Positions 28,095-38,029 of a DNA stretch of 64,000 nucleotides are shown here, one piece after another. Position 1 is the stretch's first letter; every line of letters starts with the position of its first letter. The position numbers and the translations under genes are program-made. This DNA is from Fimbriimonadales bacterium (GTDB lineage: Bacteria > Armatimonadota > Fimbriimonadia > Fimbriimonadales > JABRVX01). Where the stretch lies: the NCBI GenBank assembly GCA_045862955.1, contig BTVI01000017.1, positions 1 to 64,000 on the forward strand, written 5' to 3'. The notes beneath the pieces are model-generated. The model was not told where the DNA came from. It saw only the letters and a list, made by a program, of their open reading frames with translations, and ran no database searches.

Positions 28095-28986
28095 GAGGCG
28101 CTAACAGCTCCTCTTCCCGCAGCGAACTCGCCTGAATCCCGGACATCGGCGTACCCAGCCCTTCGGATATCTCCGCCAGTTTCGCAGGGTCGTTGTAGTG
28201 CGTGACGGCCTGCACGATAGCCTTCGCCCTTCGCGGCGGGTCTTCGGACTTGAAGATGCCGCTGCCGACGAAAACCGCTTCGGCGCCGAGCCTCATCATC
28301 AGCGCGGCGTCCGCGGGCGTGGCGATGCCGCCTGCGGAGAAGTTCGGCACAGGCAGTTTACCCTCGCGCTTCACGTCCACCACGAACTCGTACGGGGCCT
28401 GCAGCTCTTTCGCTATGGCACTCAGCTCGAAATCGGGGGCGTTCAGAATGCGGCGGAAGTCGCGCATGATGGAGTTCATGTGGCGCACGGCTTCCACCAC
28501 GTCCCCGGTACCAGCTTCGCCCTTGGTGCGCACCATGGCGGCGCCTTCGGCCGCCCTTCGCAGGAACTCGCCCAGGTTCCGAGCCCCGCACACGAACGGC
28601 ACATCGAAGGCATGCTTGTCCACGTGGTGCTCCTCGTCGGCGGGGGTGAGCACCTCGCTCTCGTCTATGAAGTCAACTTTCAGGGCCTGCAGGATCTCGG
28701 CTTCCACGAAGTGCCCGATACGGCACTTGGCCATCACGGGGATGGAGACCGCTTCCTGAATCTCTCGAATGATCTTGGGGTCGGACATACGCGCGACCCC
28801 GCCCTGAGCCCGAATGTCTGCCGGCACTCGCTCCAGGGCCATCACGGCCACCGCGCCCGCGTCTTCGGCGATACGGGCTTGTTCGGCGGTGGTGACGTCC
28901 ATGATCACTCCGCCTCGCAGCATCATGGCGAGCCCTACCTTGGTCCGCCAAGTGGACTTCTGCCTATCGGAATCGGCCGCAGCCAT
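28084..28986 (-). CDS. pdxS: Pyridoxal 5'-phosphate synthase lyase subunit
   Basis: [19 protein letters not shown] and [13 protein letters not shown] motifs. Confidence 0.97.
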   Translation of the reverse strand: MAAADSDRQKSTWRTKVGLAMMLRGGVIMDVTTAEQARIAEDAGAVAVMALERVPADIRAQGGVARMSDPKIIREIQEAVSIPVMAKCRIGHFVEAEILQALKVDFIDESEVLTPADEEHHVDKHAFDVPFVCGARNLGEFLRRAAEGAAMVRTKGEAGTGDVVEAVRHMNSIMRDFRRILNAPDFELSAIAKELQAPYEFVVDVKREGKLPVPNFSAGGIATPADAALMMRLGAEAVFVGSGIFKSEDPPRRAKAIVQAVTHYNDPAKLAEISEGLGTPMSGIQASSLREEELLAPRGW

Positions 28987-29080
28987 CTTGGTTCACCTCT
29001 CGTTCGGATTATACCGAGCACCCTGGTGCTGCCCGGAACCCCTTTGGGACGATGGAAGCCGGGCGAGTATCATACGTCGC

Positions 29081-30001
29081 ATGGTTGCCATATCCACCGC
29101 CCTCAATGCGAGGCATCGGGGCACCGCCAGAGAGGTCTTCGAGGAGTTGAAAGCGCTCGGGTACGCGCAGTTCGAGGTGAACGTTCACTTCTCGGAAGAG
29201 ATGGTGGACGAAACGGAGCGCATGGTCCGAGCGCGGGAGATCGAGATAGTTAGCGTGCACAACTATTGCCCCGTGCCGCCGGGAATCGATCGAACGCGTG
29301 GTGGGGGCGACCTATTCCACTTCTCGGCCGAGGAGCCCGAGGTGCGCGAACAGGCTGTGAAGTGGACGCTGCGCTCCATCGAGACCGCCGCTCGTCTGGG
29401 CGCACGCTTGTTGGTTGGGCACTGGGGCATCGTGCCGCTGCAGGGCGCCAAGGAGGTTCAACACGCAGCGCTCGAGCGCCTGCGGACTGGCCAGGCGGGG
29501 GCAGAGGGGATGCTGCGCGAGGCGGTGGAGCAGCGCGAGGCGATGGCCAGGCCCTACGTGGAGCGCGCGCTGGACACCTTCGGCAAACTGCTGCCCAAGG
29601 CTCGGGAGCACGGCATCCGCCTCGGCGTTGAGTGCCGCAACTTCTTCCACGAGATCCCGTCGCTCGACGAGATCGGCGAGTTTCTGTCGCTAGACCCGCA
29701 GACGGCGGGGTACTGGCACGACATCGGGCACGCAGAGATACTGGAGTACCTGAGGGTGGTGCCGACGGGAGCGTTTGCCGCGCGGTGGGCGGACAAGGCG
29801 CTCGCCGTGCACGTGCACGATGTGAAGCGGGGGGCGGACCACCGCCCGATGGGAGAGGGCGACCTGGACTTCCGCGCTAAGCTGGCGCCGTTCCCCTCCT
29901 CGGCACCCTGGATCGTCGAAGTGCACGCTGGCGATGCTCCGACCATGCGTAGGATGGGAGAGGAGCTGCGGCGCATCTGGTCGGAGATGCACGGCCCCTA
30001 G
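29081..30001 (+). CDS. Sugar phosphate isomerase/epimerase (AP endonuclease 2-type TIM barrel)
   Basis: SVHNYCP, LGVE, WHDIGH, HVHD and DH metal ligands; ATG 7 nt after TATCAT. Confidence 0.85.
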   Translation: MVAISTALNARHRGTAREVFEELKALGYAQFEVNVHFSEEMVDETERMVRAREIEIVSVHNYCPVPPGIDRTRGGGDLFHFSAEEPEVREQAVKWTLRSIETAARLGARLLVGHWGIVPLQGAKEVQHAALERLRTGQAGAEGMLREAVEQREAMARPYVERALDTFGKLLPKAREHGIRLGVECRNFFHEIPSLDEIGEFLSLDPQTAGYWHDIGHAEILEYLRVVPTGAFAARWADKALAVHVHDVKRGADHRPMGEGDLDFRAKLAPFPSSAPWIVEVHAGDAPTMRRMGEELRRIWSEMHGP

Positions 30002-30031
30002 GGGTCGGAGGAGAACTGCACCGCTAAGTCT

Positions 30032-30247
30032 TGCCCCGGCGCGGTCCTCAGACTCGCTTCACGCCGTCGGTGGTCGCTAGCTTGCGGACGCGGGCCGGGG
30101 CATAGAGCGCCTGCAACCCACCCGCAACCGTCATGCTGAGCCTGTCGAAGCATGACCCCGCAACCACCCCCGACCCTGCCCCGGCGCGGTCCTTAGACTC
30201 GCTTCACGCCGTCGGTGGCTGCTAGCTTGCGGACGCGGGCCGGGGCA
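30032..30247. repeat. Two family-2 71-nt elements (30032-30102, 30177-30247) flanking one 27-nt palindrome (30130-30156)
   Basis: Direct sequence comparison of the copies. Confidence 0.9.
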
Positions 30248-30314
30248 TGGACACCGCGACTCATTTCCGTGAAACCGCGGGCGGCGCCAGCGTCGAGGCG
30301 TAGGGGGCGCGTGT

Positions 30315-30884
30315 CTACATGACCAGGTCGTACACGCAGTGCTTATAGGACTCGAAGCGGTAGGCGTGCTCGCGGCAGCTCCGATAGTTCTGCCATAAGT
30401 GCACCACCGCCACACGCTCCTCTATGACGGCATCATCTAGAGTCATCGCGCCGAGGAACCCCGGGGCCACTACCATCGAGTCGGTGATGGCCTCGAGCCG
30501 TTGCAGCGTCTCCACCTTCATCCCGGGCTGCGCCATGGCAACGATGATCACGACCACGGTGCCCGGTTCGAGGCTTGCGAGCGTGTTGCCGAGCCGACCC
30601 ACGATGTGGTGGGTGTGCAGGTTCGGCGTCCCCACGACTACCTGGAGGGCTTCGGCCATAAGGTCCGACTCGGCCCACACACGGGAGGCCTCAACCGATG
30701 CCCCCAGCTCGTCCCATTCCGTCGCCAGTGCAAAGCGCGTAGGGTCGTCGAAGTGCTTTAGCAGCCGCACGCTCCGACAACCCGGCTGCGAGCCATATAG
30801 CGCTCGCAGCCGCTCGAACAACATAAGTTCGGCGTCGACATATTCGGGATACACCTCGACTTCGGCAAGGACAAGGACGGACAT
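30315..30884 (-). CDS. Antibiotic-biosynthesis-monooxygenase (ABM)-like two-domain protein
   Basis: QPGC...DDPTRF...TEW and APGFLG....W repeats. Confidence 0.7.
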   Translation of the reverse strand: MSVLVLAEVEVYPEYVDAELMLFERLRALYGSQPGCRSVRLLKHFDDPTRFALATEWDELGASVEASRVWAESDLMAEALQVVVGTPNLHTHHIVGRLGNTLASLEPGTVVVIIVAMAQPGMKVETLQRLEAITDSMVVAPGFLGAMTLDDAVIEERVAVVHLWQNYRSCREHAYRFESYKHCVYDLVM

Positions 30885-31012
30885 TGGCGCTCAGCACCTC
30901 GTTAGGCTATCTCCGTTTGTACCTGTTGACGAGTGCAATCTGTTCCTGCTGCACTTAGGACTCCCTACGTGGCGCACGGGCGGGCGGTTGCGGACGTGTA
31001 TAATCCGTGGCG

Positions 31013-31465
31013 ATGGGAAGGCCCGACTGGGACGAGTACTTTATGCGGATCGCGCACGATGTGGCCTCGCGCGCTACCTGCGAGCGGCGCAAGGTCGGTG
31101 CCGTCATCGTCGCGGAGAAGCGAATCCTTACGACCGGTTATAACGGCGCGCCGCAGGGGCTGCCGCACTGCACGGAAGTGGGCTGCAAGATGGAGAACGG
31201 CCACTGCATCCGCACGCTGCACGCCGAGCAGAACGCGATCGTGCAGGCCGCGCTCTTCGGCGTCTCGTGTCTAGGCAGCACGCTTTACGTGACGTGCCAG
31301 CCCTGCAACAACTGTGCAAAGATGATCATCAACGCGGGCATCCGCAAGGTAGTGTTCGAAGGCGACTACCCCGACCCGTTCGCTTTGGAGCTGTTCGAAG
31401 CGGCGGGTGTGGAGCTGGTTCGGGTCGTCGAAGGCCGCCCGATGCCCGTTCTCATCCCCCAATGA
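31013..31465 (+). CDS. dCMP/cytidine deaminase family protein (ComEB-like)
   Basis: RPDWDEYFM, HAEQN and PCNNC zinc motifs. Confidence 0.93.
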   Translation: MGRPDWDEYFMRIAHDVASRATCERRKVGAVIVAEKRILTTGYNGAPQGLPHCTEVGCKMENGHCIRTLHAEQNAIVQAALFGVSCLGSTLYVTCQPCNNCAKMIINAGIRKVVFEGDYPDPFALELFEAAGVELVRVVEGRPMPVLIPQ

Positions 31466-32583
31466 CGCAAGCTCTCATCGTTGCAGCCGTTGCCCTGATC
31501 TCTGCGCTAGTGATTACGCCAGCGGTCCGTCGGCTGGCGCTGCGATTCGGCGTGGTGGACATACCGGACGACCAAAGGCGCGTGCACACGGAACCGACGC
31601 CTAGGTGGGGCGGGATCGCCATCTTCGTGTCCTCGGTTATCGCCGTCGCCATTGGCTTCTGGCTGCTCGGCATGGCGCCGGGGAGTGCCGAGTGGCTGCC
31701 GTTCTTCGGTCTCTTTGCTGTCGGCCTTCTCGTCCTGGTCGCGGGGGCGCTGGACGACAAGCTGCAGTTCTCTGCGGGGAAGCAGGCGGCGTTCTTGCTT
31801 GCCTGTGGCATCGTGGTGCAGTTTCTCGGCGTTCAGATCTCGGGCATCACCAAGCCCTGGCCGGTCGCTCCGGGCGAGAGTACCTGGCTCGCTCTCGGAT
31901 GGCTGGCGTGGCCGGTGACTGCGATCTGGATATTCGTCGTGACCAAGACGATGGACACGATCGATGGACTGGACGGGCTGGCCGCTGGCATTGCGGCCAT
32001 CTCTGCCGCGACACTCGGCGTGATGGCTTTGGCCTCGCGGCCCGTGCAGTTGCCGATCGCTGCAGTAGGTGCAGCGGTGTGTGGGGCTTCGCTGGGCTTC
32101 CTGCGGCACAACTTCAACCCGGCGCGCATATTCATGGGCACGGGCGGGGCGCAGTTCCTCGGGTTCACTCTGGCTTGCCTGAGCGTGGTAGGAGCGTTCA
32201 AGGTGGCCGCTGCGGTGACGGTGGGGGTGCCGGTGCTCATCTTCGGCTTGCCCATTTTCGATGCGTTCTTCGTGGTGATTCGCCGTATTCGACACAAACA
32301 GCCGATCTATAAAGCGGACAAGCGGCACCTGCATCATCGGCTGCTCGAAAAGGGACTGTCCCATCGCCAGACGGTGCTGGTGATGTACGCTCTGGCCCTC
32401 GTTCTTTGCGCGACGGCACTCTGGATATTCGGAAGGACCCACCATGGCAAGCAGACAACCGCGGACGTCTCGGCTTACAGTGATGGCGGTGTTCGGCACA
32501 CGGCCCGATGCCATCAAGATGGCTCCGGTGATCCGCGAGTTGCGTCGCTTCCCAGACCAGGTTCGTCTCAGCATCGTATCTAG
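31462..32583 (+). CDS. wecA: MraY-family undecaprenyl-phosphate GlcNAc-1-P transferase (WecA/TagO)
   Basis: PRWGG, GALDD, DGLDGLA, PARIFMG and HLHHRL motifs; ATGA overlap with the upstream stop. Confidence 0.88.
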   Translation: MTQALIVAAVALISALVITPAVRRLALRFGVVDIPDDQRRVHTEPTPRWGGIAIFVSSVIAVAIGFWLLGMAPGSAEWLPFFGLFAVGLLVLVAGALDDKLQFSAGKQAAFLLACGIVVQFLGVQISGITKPWPVAPGESTWLALGWLAWPVTAIWIFVVTKTMDTIDGLDGLAAGIAAISAATLGVMALASRPVQLPIAAVGAAVCGASLGFLRHNFNPARIFMGTGGAQFLGFTLACLSVVGAFKVAAAVTVGVPVLIFGLPIFDAFFVVIRRIRHKQPIYKADKRHLHHRLLEKGLSHRQTVLVMYALALVLCATALWIFGRTHHGKQTTADVSAYSDGGVRHTARCHQDGSGDPRVASLPRPGSSQHRI

Positions 32584-33595
32584 CGGTCAGCATCGCGAGA
32601 TGCTTCGCCCGGTGCTCGAAGCTTTCGATATTCGGCCCGACCTGGACTTGGACATTATGGTTCATGGGCAGACGCTTGCCGAGTTGCTGTGTCGGGCGCT
32701 CACTGGCCTGGAGAAGGTCGTTCGGGATGTCGGGCCGGATTTGGTGATGGCACAGGGAGATACCAGCACCACCTTCGCGGCCGCCCTGGCTGCTTTCTAT
32801 GGCAAGGCAGAGTTCGCTCACGTGGAGGCCGGGCTGCGCACGGGCGACAAGTACCAGCCATTTCCGGAGGAGATTAACCGCCGATTGACTGCCGCAATCA
32901 CCGACCTGCACTTCGCTCCTACCAAGTTGGCGGAGAAGAACCTGCTGGCGGAGGGGGTGGAGCGAGACCGTATCTGGATCACCGGGAACACGGGGATTGA
33001 CGCCGTGCGCATCTGTGCCGAGCGAGTGCAAGTGCCCGAGCTGCCGACGCGCACGCTGCTGGTGACGGCGCACAGGCGGGAGAACTGGGGAGACGGCATC
33101 CGACAGATTGCACGCGCGCTGAAGCTCATCCTGCAGCGCTTCGCAGATACCGAAGCCATCGTTTCGATGCACAGCAACCCGGAGGTTCGGGCGATATGGC
33201 AGGAGGAGCTGGGCAGAGAGCCACGCGTCCGCCTCATCGATCCCCCTGCCTACCCCGAGTTCGTTGCGTTGATGAAGGCTAGCCATCTTATCCTAACCGA
33301 TTCGGGTGGCATGCAGGAAGAGGCGCCGGGCTTGGGCAAGCCTGTGCTGGTGTTGCGAAACACCACGGAGCGACCGGAAGGGGTCGAAGCAGGTGTCGCC
33401 CGCTTGATCGGCACGGACACGGAGCGGATCGTCGAGGAGACCGCGCGCCTGCTTACCTCGGAGGAAGCCTACCGGGAGATGGCGCAGTCGGTGAACCCCT
33501 ACGGTGACGGGCGCGCGGCCGAGAGGATTCGCACGATGGTGTTCCGTTACTATGGACTACCATCCAGTGCGCCCGAGGTGGAAGCTTGGCAATAG
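32444..33595 (+). CDS. wecB: UDP-N-acetylglucosamine 2-epimerase (non-hydrolysing)
   Basis: FGTRPDAIKMAP, HVEAGLRT and TDSGGMQEEAP motifs. Confidence 0.96.
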   Translation: MASRQPRTSRLTVMAVFGTRPDAIKMAPVIRELRRFPDQVRLSIVSSGQHREMLRPVLEAFDIRPDLDLDIMVHGQTLAELLCRALTGLEKVVRDVGPDLVMAQGDTSTTFAAALAAFYGKAEFAHVEAGLRTGDKYQPFPEEINRRLTAAITDLHFAPTKLAEKNLLAEGVERDRIWITGNTGIDAVRICAERVQVPELPTRTLLVTAHRRENWGDGIRQIARALKLILQRFADTEAIVSMHSNPEVRAIWQEELGREPRVRLIDPPAYPEFVALMKASHLILTDSGGMQEEAPGLGKPVLVLRNTTERPEGVEAGVARLIGTDTERIVEETARLLTSEEAYREMAQSVNPYGDGRAAERIRTMVFRYYGLPSSAPEVEAWQ

Positions 33596-34734
33596 ACCCT
33601 TCGGACGGCATGGGCTGGTTCGCGCCCGTCTGGAGAGCGATCTGGCGCATCGCCCTCATCGTGCTGCTGCTGTGGTTCATGTGGCACACGCGCAGCATCA
33701 TCATTACGCTGCTGCTCTCCGCAACCCTGGGTTACTTCGTGTGGTTCGGGGTAGAGTTCCTGGTGCGTCATGAGTGGTGGGGGGTGCCGAAGACGTGGGT
33801 GCGATTCAAGCGTGCCACAGCGTGCCTGCTATGCTACGCGGTGTTGGGGGTCTTCGCATGGGGGGCGTCGGTACAGATGTCCCTGCCCATCCGCGAGGGC
33901 ATCAGCACGCTGACGCACAACTGGAGCAACTACATGAAGATCCTCTCCGATCAGACGGAGGAGTTGCAGCGTTTCTATCATAAGAACGTGCCGGAGCAGG
34001 TGCGCGAGTACATATCCACCAGCTTGGGCCATGTGTTCGAGGGATGGGGTGCGGCGGCGGCGGGGCAGGGCCGGCGCAGTCAGGGTGGTTCCCCGTGGCA
34101 GTGGATCACCTATCTCGTCGAGCTGATCTTGGTACCGTTCATCGCCTTCTTCGTGATCGTGGACGGGCGTGCACTCAAACGGGAGGTACTGCAGTTGCTA
34201 CCACCCCACACCGTGCGTCCGGTGCTACGTCTGGCGAGAGAGACCGACTTGGTGATGCGCCAATACATTCTCAGTCAGTTCATCTTGTGCTTGATCGCAG
34301 GTGTGGTGACCTATCTGATCTTCGCAATCGGTCTGCCGCGAGCCCACGCATATGCTACGATCGCCGGCATCTACGCGGGTGTGACGAGAGTGATCCCGGT
34401 GGTGGGTTCCATCATTGGTGGGATACCCGTGATAGCGCTCGCGGGGCTTTCTCAGGGCAGTGTCACGGATGCCGTGTGGGTCGCGGTGCTTTTCTCCGCG
34501 ATGCACCTGGCGGAGAGTAAGTTCTTATACCCCGCGATCGTAGGTAGTAGGATGGCGATGCACCCGGTACTCGTGATCGTAGTGTTGTTAGTATCGTTCG
34601 AATTTTTCGGGATCGTAGGCATGTTCTTCGGCCCACCGATTGCCGCGATCGCGCGGAACGTCTGGCTCTCCTCGCAGGCGCGCAGACGGTCCGGAACGAA
34701 GGGAGTCCAGGCGGTGAGTGTTGTCGGGGCCTGA
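33586..34734 (+). CDS. AI-2E family transporter
   Basis: Multi-TM; IPVVGS, P.IVG..M.MHP and FGIVGMFFGPP motifs. Confidence 0.85.
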   Translation: MAIDPSDGMGWFAPVWRAIWRIALIVLLLWFMWHTRSIIITLLLSATLGYFVWFGVEFLVRHEWWGVPKTWVRFKRATACLLCYAVLGVFAWGASVQMSLPIREGISTLTHNWSNYMKILSDQTEELQRFYHKNVPEQVREYISTSLGHVFEGWGAAAAGQGRRSQGGSPWQWITYLVELILVPFIAFFVIVDGRALKREVLQLLPPHTVRPVLRLARETDLVMRQYILSQFILCLIAGVVTYLIFAIGLPRAHAYATIAGIYAGVTRVIPVVGSIIGGIPVIALAGLSQGSVTDAVWVAVLFSAMHLAESKFLYPAIVGSRMAMHPVLVIVVLLVSFEFFGIVGMFFGPPIAAIARNVWLSSQARRRSGTKGVQAVSVVGA

Positions 34735-35563
34735 ATTCGCGGGTGGATGGTTTGCCATGCTCGTCGCGCTCGGCTTGGGCGCTATGCAAGGCATCACGGA
34801 GTTTCTGCCTATCTCCAGCTCCGCTCATCTGATTCTGGCGCGCGATGTGTTCGGCTGGAGCTTTGGGGACGAGAGGGCGAATCTTCTCTTCGACGTGGTT
34901 CTCCACGTCGGCACGATGCTGGCGGTGGTATTGTTTTTCCGAAAAGACCTTCTGCGGATCTTCGGCGCTATGCTGAGCCGCTCCGAGGAGCGGCGGGTGG
35001 ACCGCAGGCTGGGATGGTACATCCTCGTGGGAACCGTGCCGGCCGCACTTGCGGGTGTGCTGTTCGAAGAGCCCATCGAGCAGTTCTTCCGGCAGCGGGT
35101 GGACGTGATCGTCAGCTTGTTGGCAGGTGTCGGCGTGCTGATGTGGCTTGCCGACCGGCTAGGTAGGAAGCGCCGAGATATCGAAGGGGTCACGCTTTGG
35201 GACGCGCTGCTGATGGGTGTGGCGCAGGCGAGCGCCCTGATGCCGGGTGTTTCTCGTTCCGGCGCAACCATCACGACGGGTTTGGCACTGGGCCTTAAGC
35301 GAGAGGATGCCGCGCGCTTCAGCTTCTTGCTCTCGACTCCCGCCATCGTCGGTGCGGCGCTCTGGACCCTGAAAGGCGTGGGCGATATGCAGATGGTGGA
35401 GGGGGCGGTTCCCCTGCTGATAGCAGGATTCCTGGCATCGGTCGTATTCGGTATGGCCAGCATCGGGTTTCTGCTTCGCTTCCTGCAGCGACGGACGGTG
35501 TTAGCATTCACCGTCTACCGCATTCTGGTCGCATTGTGGCTCTACTTCGCGCTGGTACGGTAG
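34718..35563 (+). CDS. uppP: Undecaprenyl-diphosphate phosphatase
   Basis: QGITEFLPISSSAH and PGVSRSG motifs; start could be 34757. Confidence 0.95.
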   Translation: MLSGPEFAGGWFAMLVALGLGAMQGITEFLPISSSAHLILARDVFGWSFGDERANLLFDVVLHVGTMLAVVLFFRKDLLRIFGAMLSRSEERRVDRRLGWYILVGTVPAALAGVLFEEPIEQFFRQRVDVIVSLLAGVGVLMWLADRLGRKRRDIEGVTLWDALLMGVAQASALMPGVSRSGATITTGLALGLKREDAARFSFLLSTPAIVGAALWTLKGVGDMQMVEGAVPLLIAGFLASVVFGMASIGFLLRFLQRRTVLAFTVYRILVALWLYFALVR

Positions 35564-35567
35564 CCCC

Positions 35568-36530
35568 TTACCGGAACATGCGGCGGAGGCGCCACTGGTC
35601 GGCTGCTACGGCGATGATGATCACGTGCCCTATGATCATCTCTTGCACGAAGTTCGGCCATCCGAGCGCGATGCAGCGGTTCCGAAGATAGGACATCAGG
35701 AACGCTCCTACCAAAGTGCCCACGATCGAGCCCTGTCCTCCGGCCAGCGACGCCCCTCCGATCACCACGGCGGCGATCACGTCCAACTCCAGGCCCACCG
35801 CCACGGTCGGGTCGCCCTGCGTAAGTCGCGCGAACTGGAACAGCCCTGCAAGACCCGTCATCAAGCCCATCAGCACATAGATGTACACCTTCGTGCGCTC
35901 TACCCGCACACCGCATAGACGAGCAGTCGCCTCGTTGGAGCCGATAGCGAAAGCATACCTACCTAACACCGAATGCCGGAGTGCGAGTGCCATCACCACC
36001 GCGAGACCTAACATCAGCCAGACTGCCGGCGCGAACACCAACCACGACTGAGCAGGAATCGGCTGCACCCACTGATCCAATCCCCCAGTGGGTGCCGTTA
36101 TGGGACGGCTGTTGGATATCCACTTTGCCACTCCGCGAAAGAACCCCAACGTGCCGAGTGTAGCGATGAAGGGCGGCAGCCGCAACACCGTGATCAGCAA
36201 GCCGTTGTACAATCCACACAAGGCTCCTACCCCGAGAGTGGTAGGGATGGCCACGGCTAGCGGCAGGCCGCGATCCATCGCAAGCGCCGCCGTGACGCTC
36301 GCCAGCGCGATGGCAGAGCCGACGGAGAGGTCAATCCCTGCGCTCACGATGACGAATGTCATTCCCATCGCTGCGACGGACACGATCACCGTCTGCACGA
36401 GGATCGTTCGCAGGTCGAGCAGCTTGACAGCGGGGTGCGGAGGGATGGCATAGAACACTGCGACTACGACGAGCAGCACGGCGAAGGGCGCGAGAGCCCT
36501 CATCGCACGGCGCGCCGTATCTGTTTTCAA
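35568..36530 (-). CDS. Monosaccharide ABC transporter permease (RbsC-like)
   Basis: GIDLSVG, PPFIATLG and IAAVVIGGASLAGG motifs; TTG start overlaps the ATPase stop. Confidence 0.92.
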   Translation of the reverse strand: MKTDTARRAMRALAPFAVLLVVVAVFYAIPPHPAVKLLDLRTILVQTVIVSVAAMGMTFVIVSAGIDLSVGSAIALASVTAALAMDRGLPLAVAIPTTLGVGALCGLYNGLLITVLRLPPFIATLGTLGFFRGVAKWISNSRPITAPTGGLDQWVQPIPAQSWLVFAPAVWLMLGLAVVMALALRHSVLGRYAFAIGSNEATARLCGVRVERTKVYIYVLMGLMTGLAGLFQFARLTQGDPTVAVGLELDVIAAVVIGGASLAGGQGSIVGTLVGAFLMSYLRNRCIALGWPNFVQEMIIGHVIIIAVAADQWRLRRMFR

Positions 36531-38029
36531 GCCGTTCCGCCCCCTCCGACCGCCGCCAGAACCAACGACGCCTCCGACCACTCGGAAGCAGGGCGCGCCT
36601 CGCCGAGACGACCGCGGTGCATGACGGCGATGCGGTCGCAGATACCTAACAGCTCCGGCATGTAGCTGCTGACCATCAACACCGCCTTGCCTCGGGCTGC
36701 TAGCTCTCCGATCAGACGGTAGATCTGCGCCTTGCTCGCTACGTCTACGCCCCTCGTCGGCTCATCGAGAAGCAAGATGTCGCAATCGGTCTCCAGCAGC
36801 CGGGCGAGTGCCAGTTTCTGCTGGTTGCCGCCGGAGAGGTCCGCTGCGAGCTGGTCGGGTCCTCGCGCACGGATGGACAAACCTTCGAGGAGTCGAATGG
36901 CACTACGTCTCTCCGCACCTCCTCGTATCCAGCCATAGCGGGAGTATGCATGTAGATGACTGAGTGTTAGGTTCTCGGTCAGCGTACGATCGAGTGCCAG
37001 GCCTTCCGCCTTCCTGTCTTCACTGAGCATGCCGACTCCCTTCGCTAACATTCGCGAAGGGTTGGTGTGCCGCAATGTGATGCCCAGGACCGTAACAGTA
37101 CCTTCGCGGATCGGGTCCAGCCCGAAAACTGCACGGAGGAGCTCCGTTCGACCTGCCCCTACCAGTCCTGCCAGGCCGAGAATCTCCCCCCGATGCAGTG
37201 TGAGGTCGGCTTCGAGTGGCAGCCGCGAGCCGCCGAGCGCACGCACGGTGAACACTGGCTCGCCCACCTCGTGCGGCACGCGTGGGAACATCTCCTCCAC
37301 ACGTCCGCCGATCATATGCTCCACCATCTGCTCCACGCTAGTGTCAGCGGCGATGCCCCTAGCAACCACTTTCCCGTCGCGCAGCACGGTGAAGCGGTCG
37401 GCCACGCGTTTCACCTCTTCCAGAAAGTGTGAGACGTAGATGACAGAGACTCCCTCCCGCTTCAGACCGCGGATCACTTCGAAGAGCTGCTCGATTTCTG
37501 CGAGGCCCAGGCTACTAGTAGGTTCGTCCATGATCAGGATTCGAGAACCTGTTAGTAGTGCGCGGGCGATTTCCACCAGTTGTCTCTCGGCAGGCGAGAG
37601 TCGTAGCACCTGCCGATGGATGTCCATGTCCCCTTGTCGTAGGCGGGCCAGCGCCTCGCGGATGGGCCGGCGATGTGCAGAGCGACGGATGATTCCGAGC
37701 ACGCGCGATTCTATGCCGAGTGCCATATTCTCCTCGACCGTGAGGTGCGGTGCGAGGTTGAGCTCTTGGTAGATCATGGCCACGCCGGCCTTGCGCGATG
37801 CCATGGGATCGGCGGGAGCGAAAGGCTCGCCGTCTATGCGGATGGCACCCGCATCCGGCCGCACGGCACCGGAAAGCACCTTGAGCAGGGTGGACTTTCC
37901 GGCTCCGTTCTCGCCGATCAGAGCATGCACCTCGCCGGCCAGCACAGTGATGGCTACGTTATCGAGTGCCACCGTGGGCCCGAACGCTTTGCACACGCCG
38001 GACATCTCTAGGCGGGGCGGTGAGTTCAC
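36527..38029 (-). CDS. Monosaccharide ABC transporter ATPase (RbsA-like, two NBDs)
   Basis: GENGAGKST, LSGGNQQK and DEPTRGVDV motifs. Confidence 0.95.
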   Translation of the reverse strand: MNSPPRLEMSGVCKAFGPTVALDNVAITVLAGEVHALIGENGAGKSTLLKVLSGAVRPDAGAIRIDGEPFAPADPMASRKAGVAMIYQELNLAPHLTVEENMALGIESRVLGIIRRSAHRRPIREALARLRQGDMDIHRQVLRLSPAERQLVEIARALLTGSRILIMDEPTSSLGLAEIEQLFEVIRGLKREGVSVIYVSHFLEEVKRVADRFTVLRDGKVVARGIAADTSVEQMVEHMIGGRVEEMFPRVPHEVGEPVFTVRALGGSRLPLEADLTLHRGEILGLAGLVGAGRTELLRAVFGLDPIREGTVTVLGITLRHTNPSRMLAKGVGMLSEDRKAEGLALDRTLTENLTLSHLHAYSRYGWIRGGAERRSAIRLLEGLSIRARGPDQLAADLSGGNQQKLALARLLETDCDILLLDEPTRGVDVASKAQIYRLIGELAARGKAVLMVSSYMPELLGICDRIAVMHRGRLGEARPASEWSEASLVLAAVGGGGTA

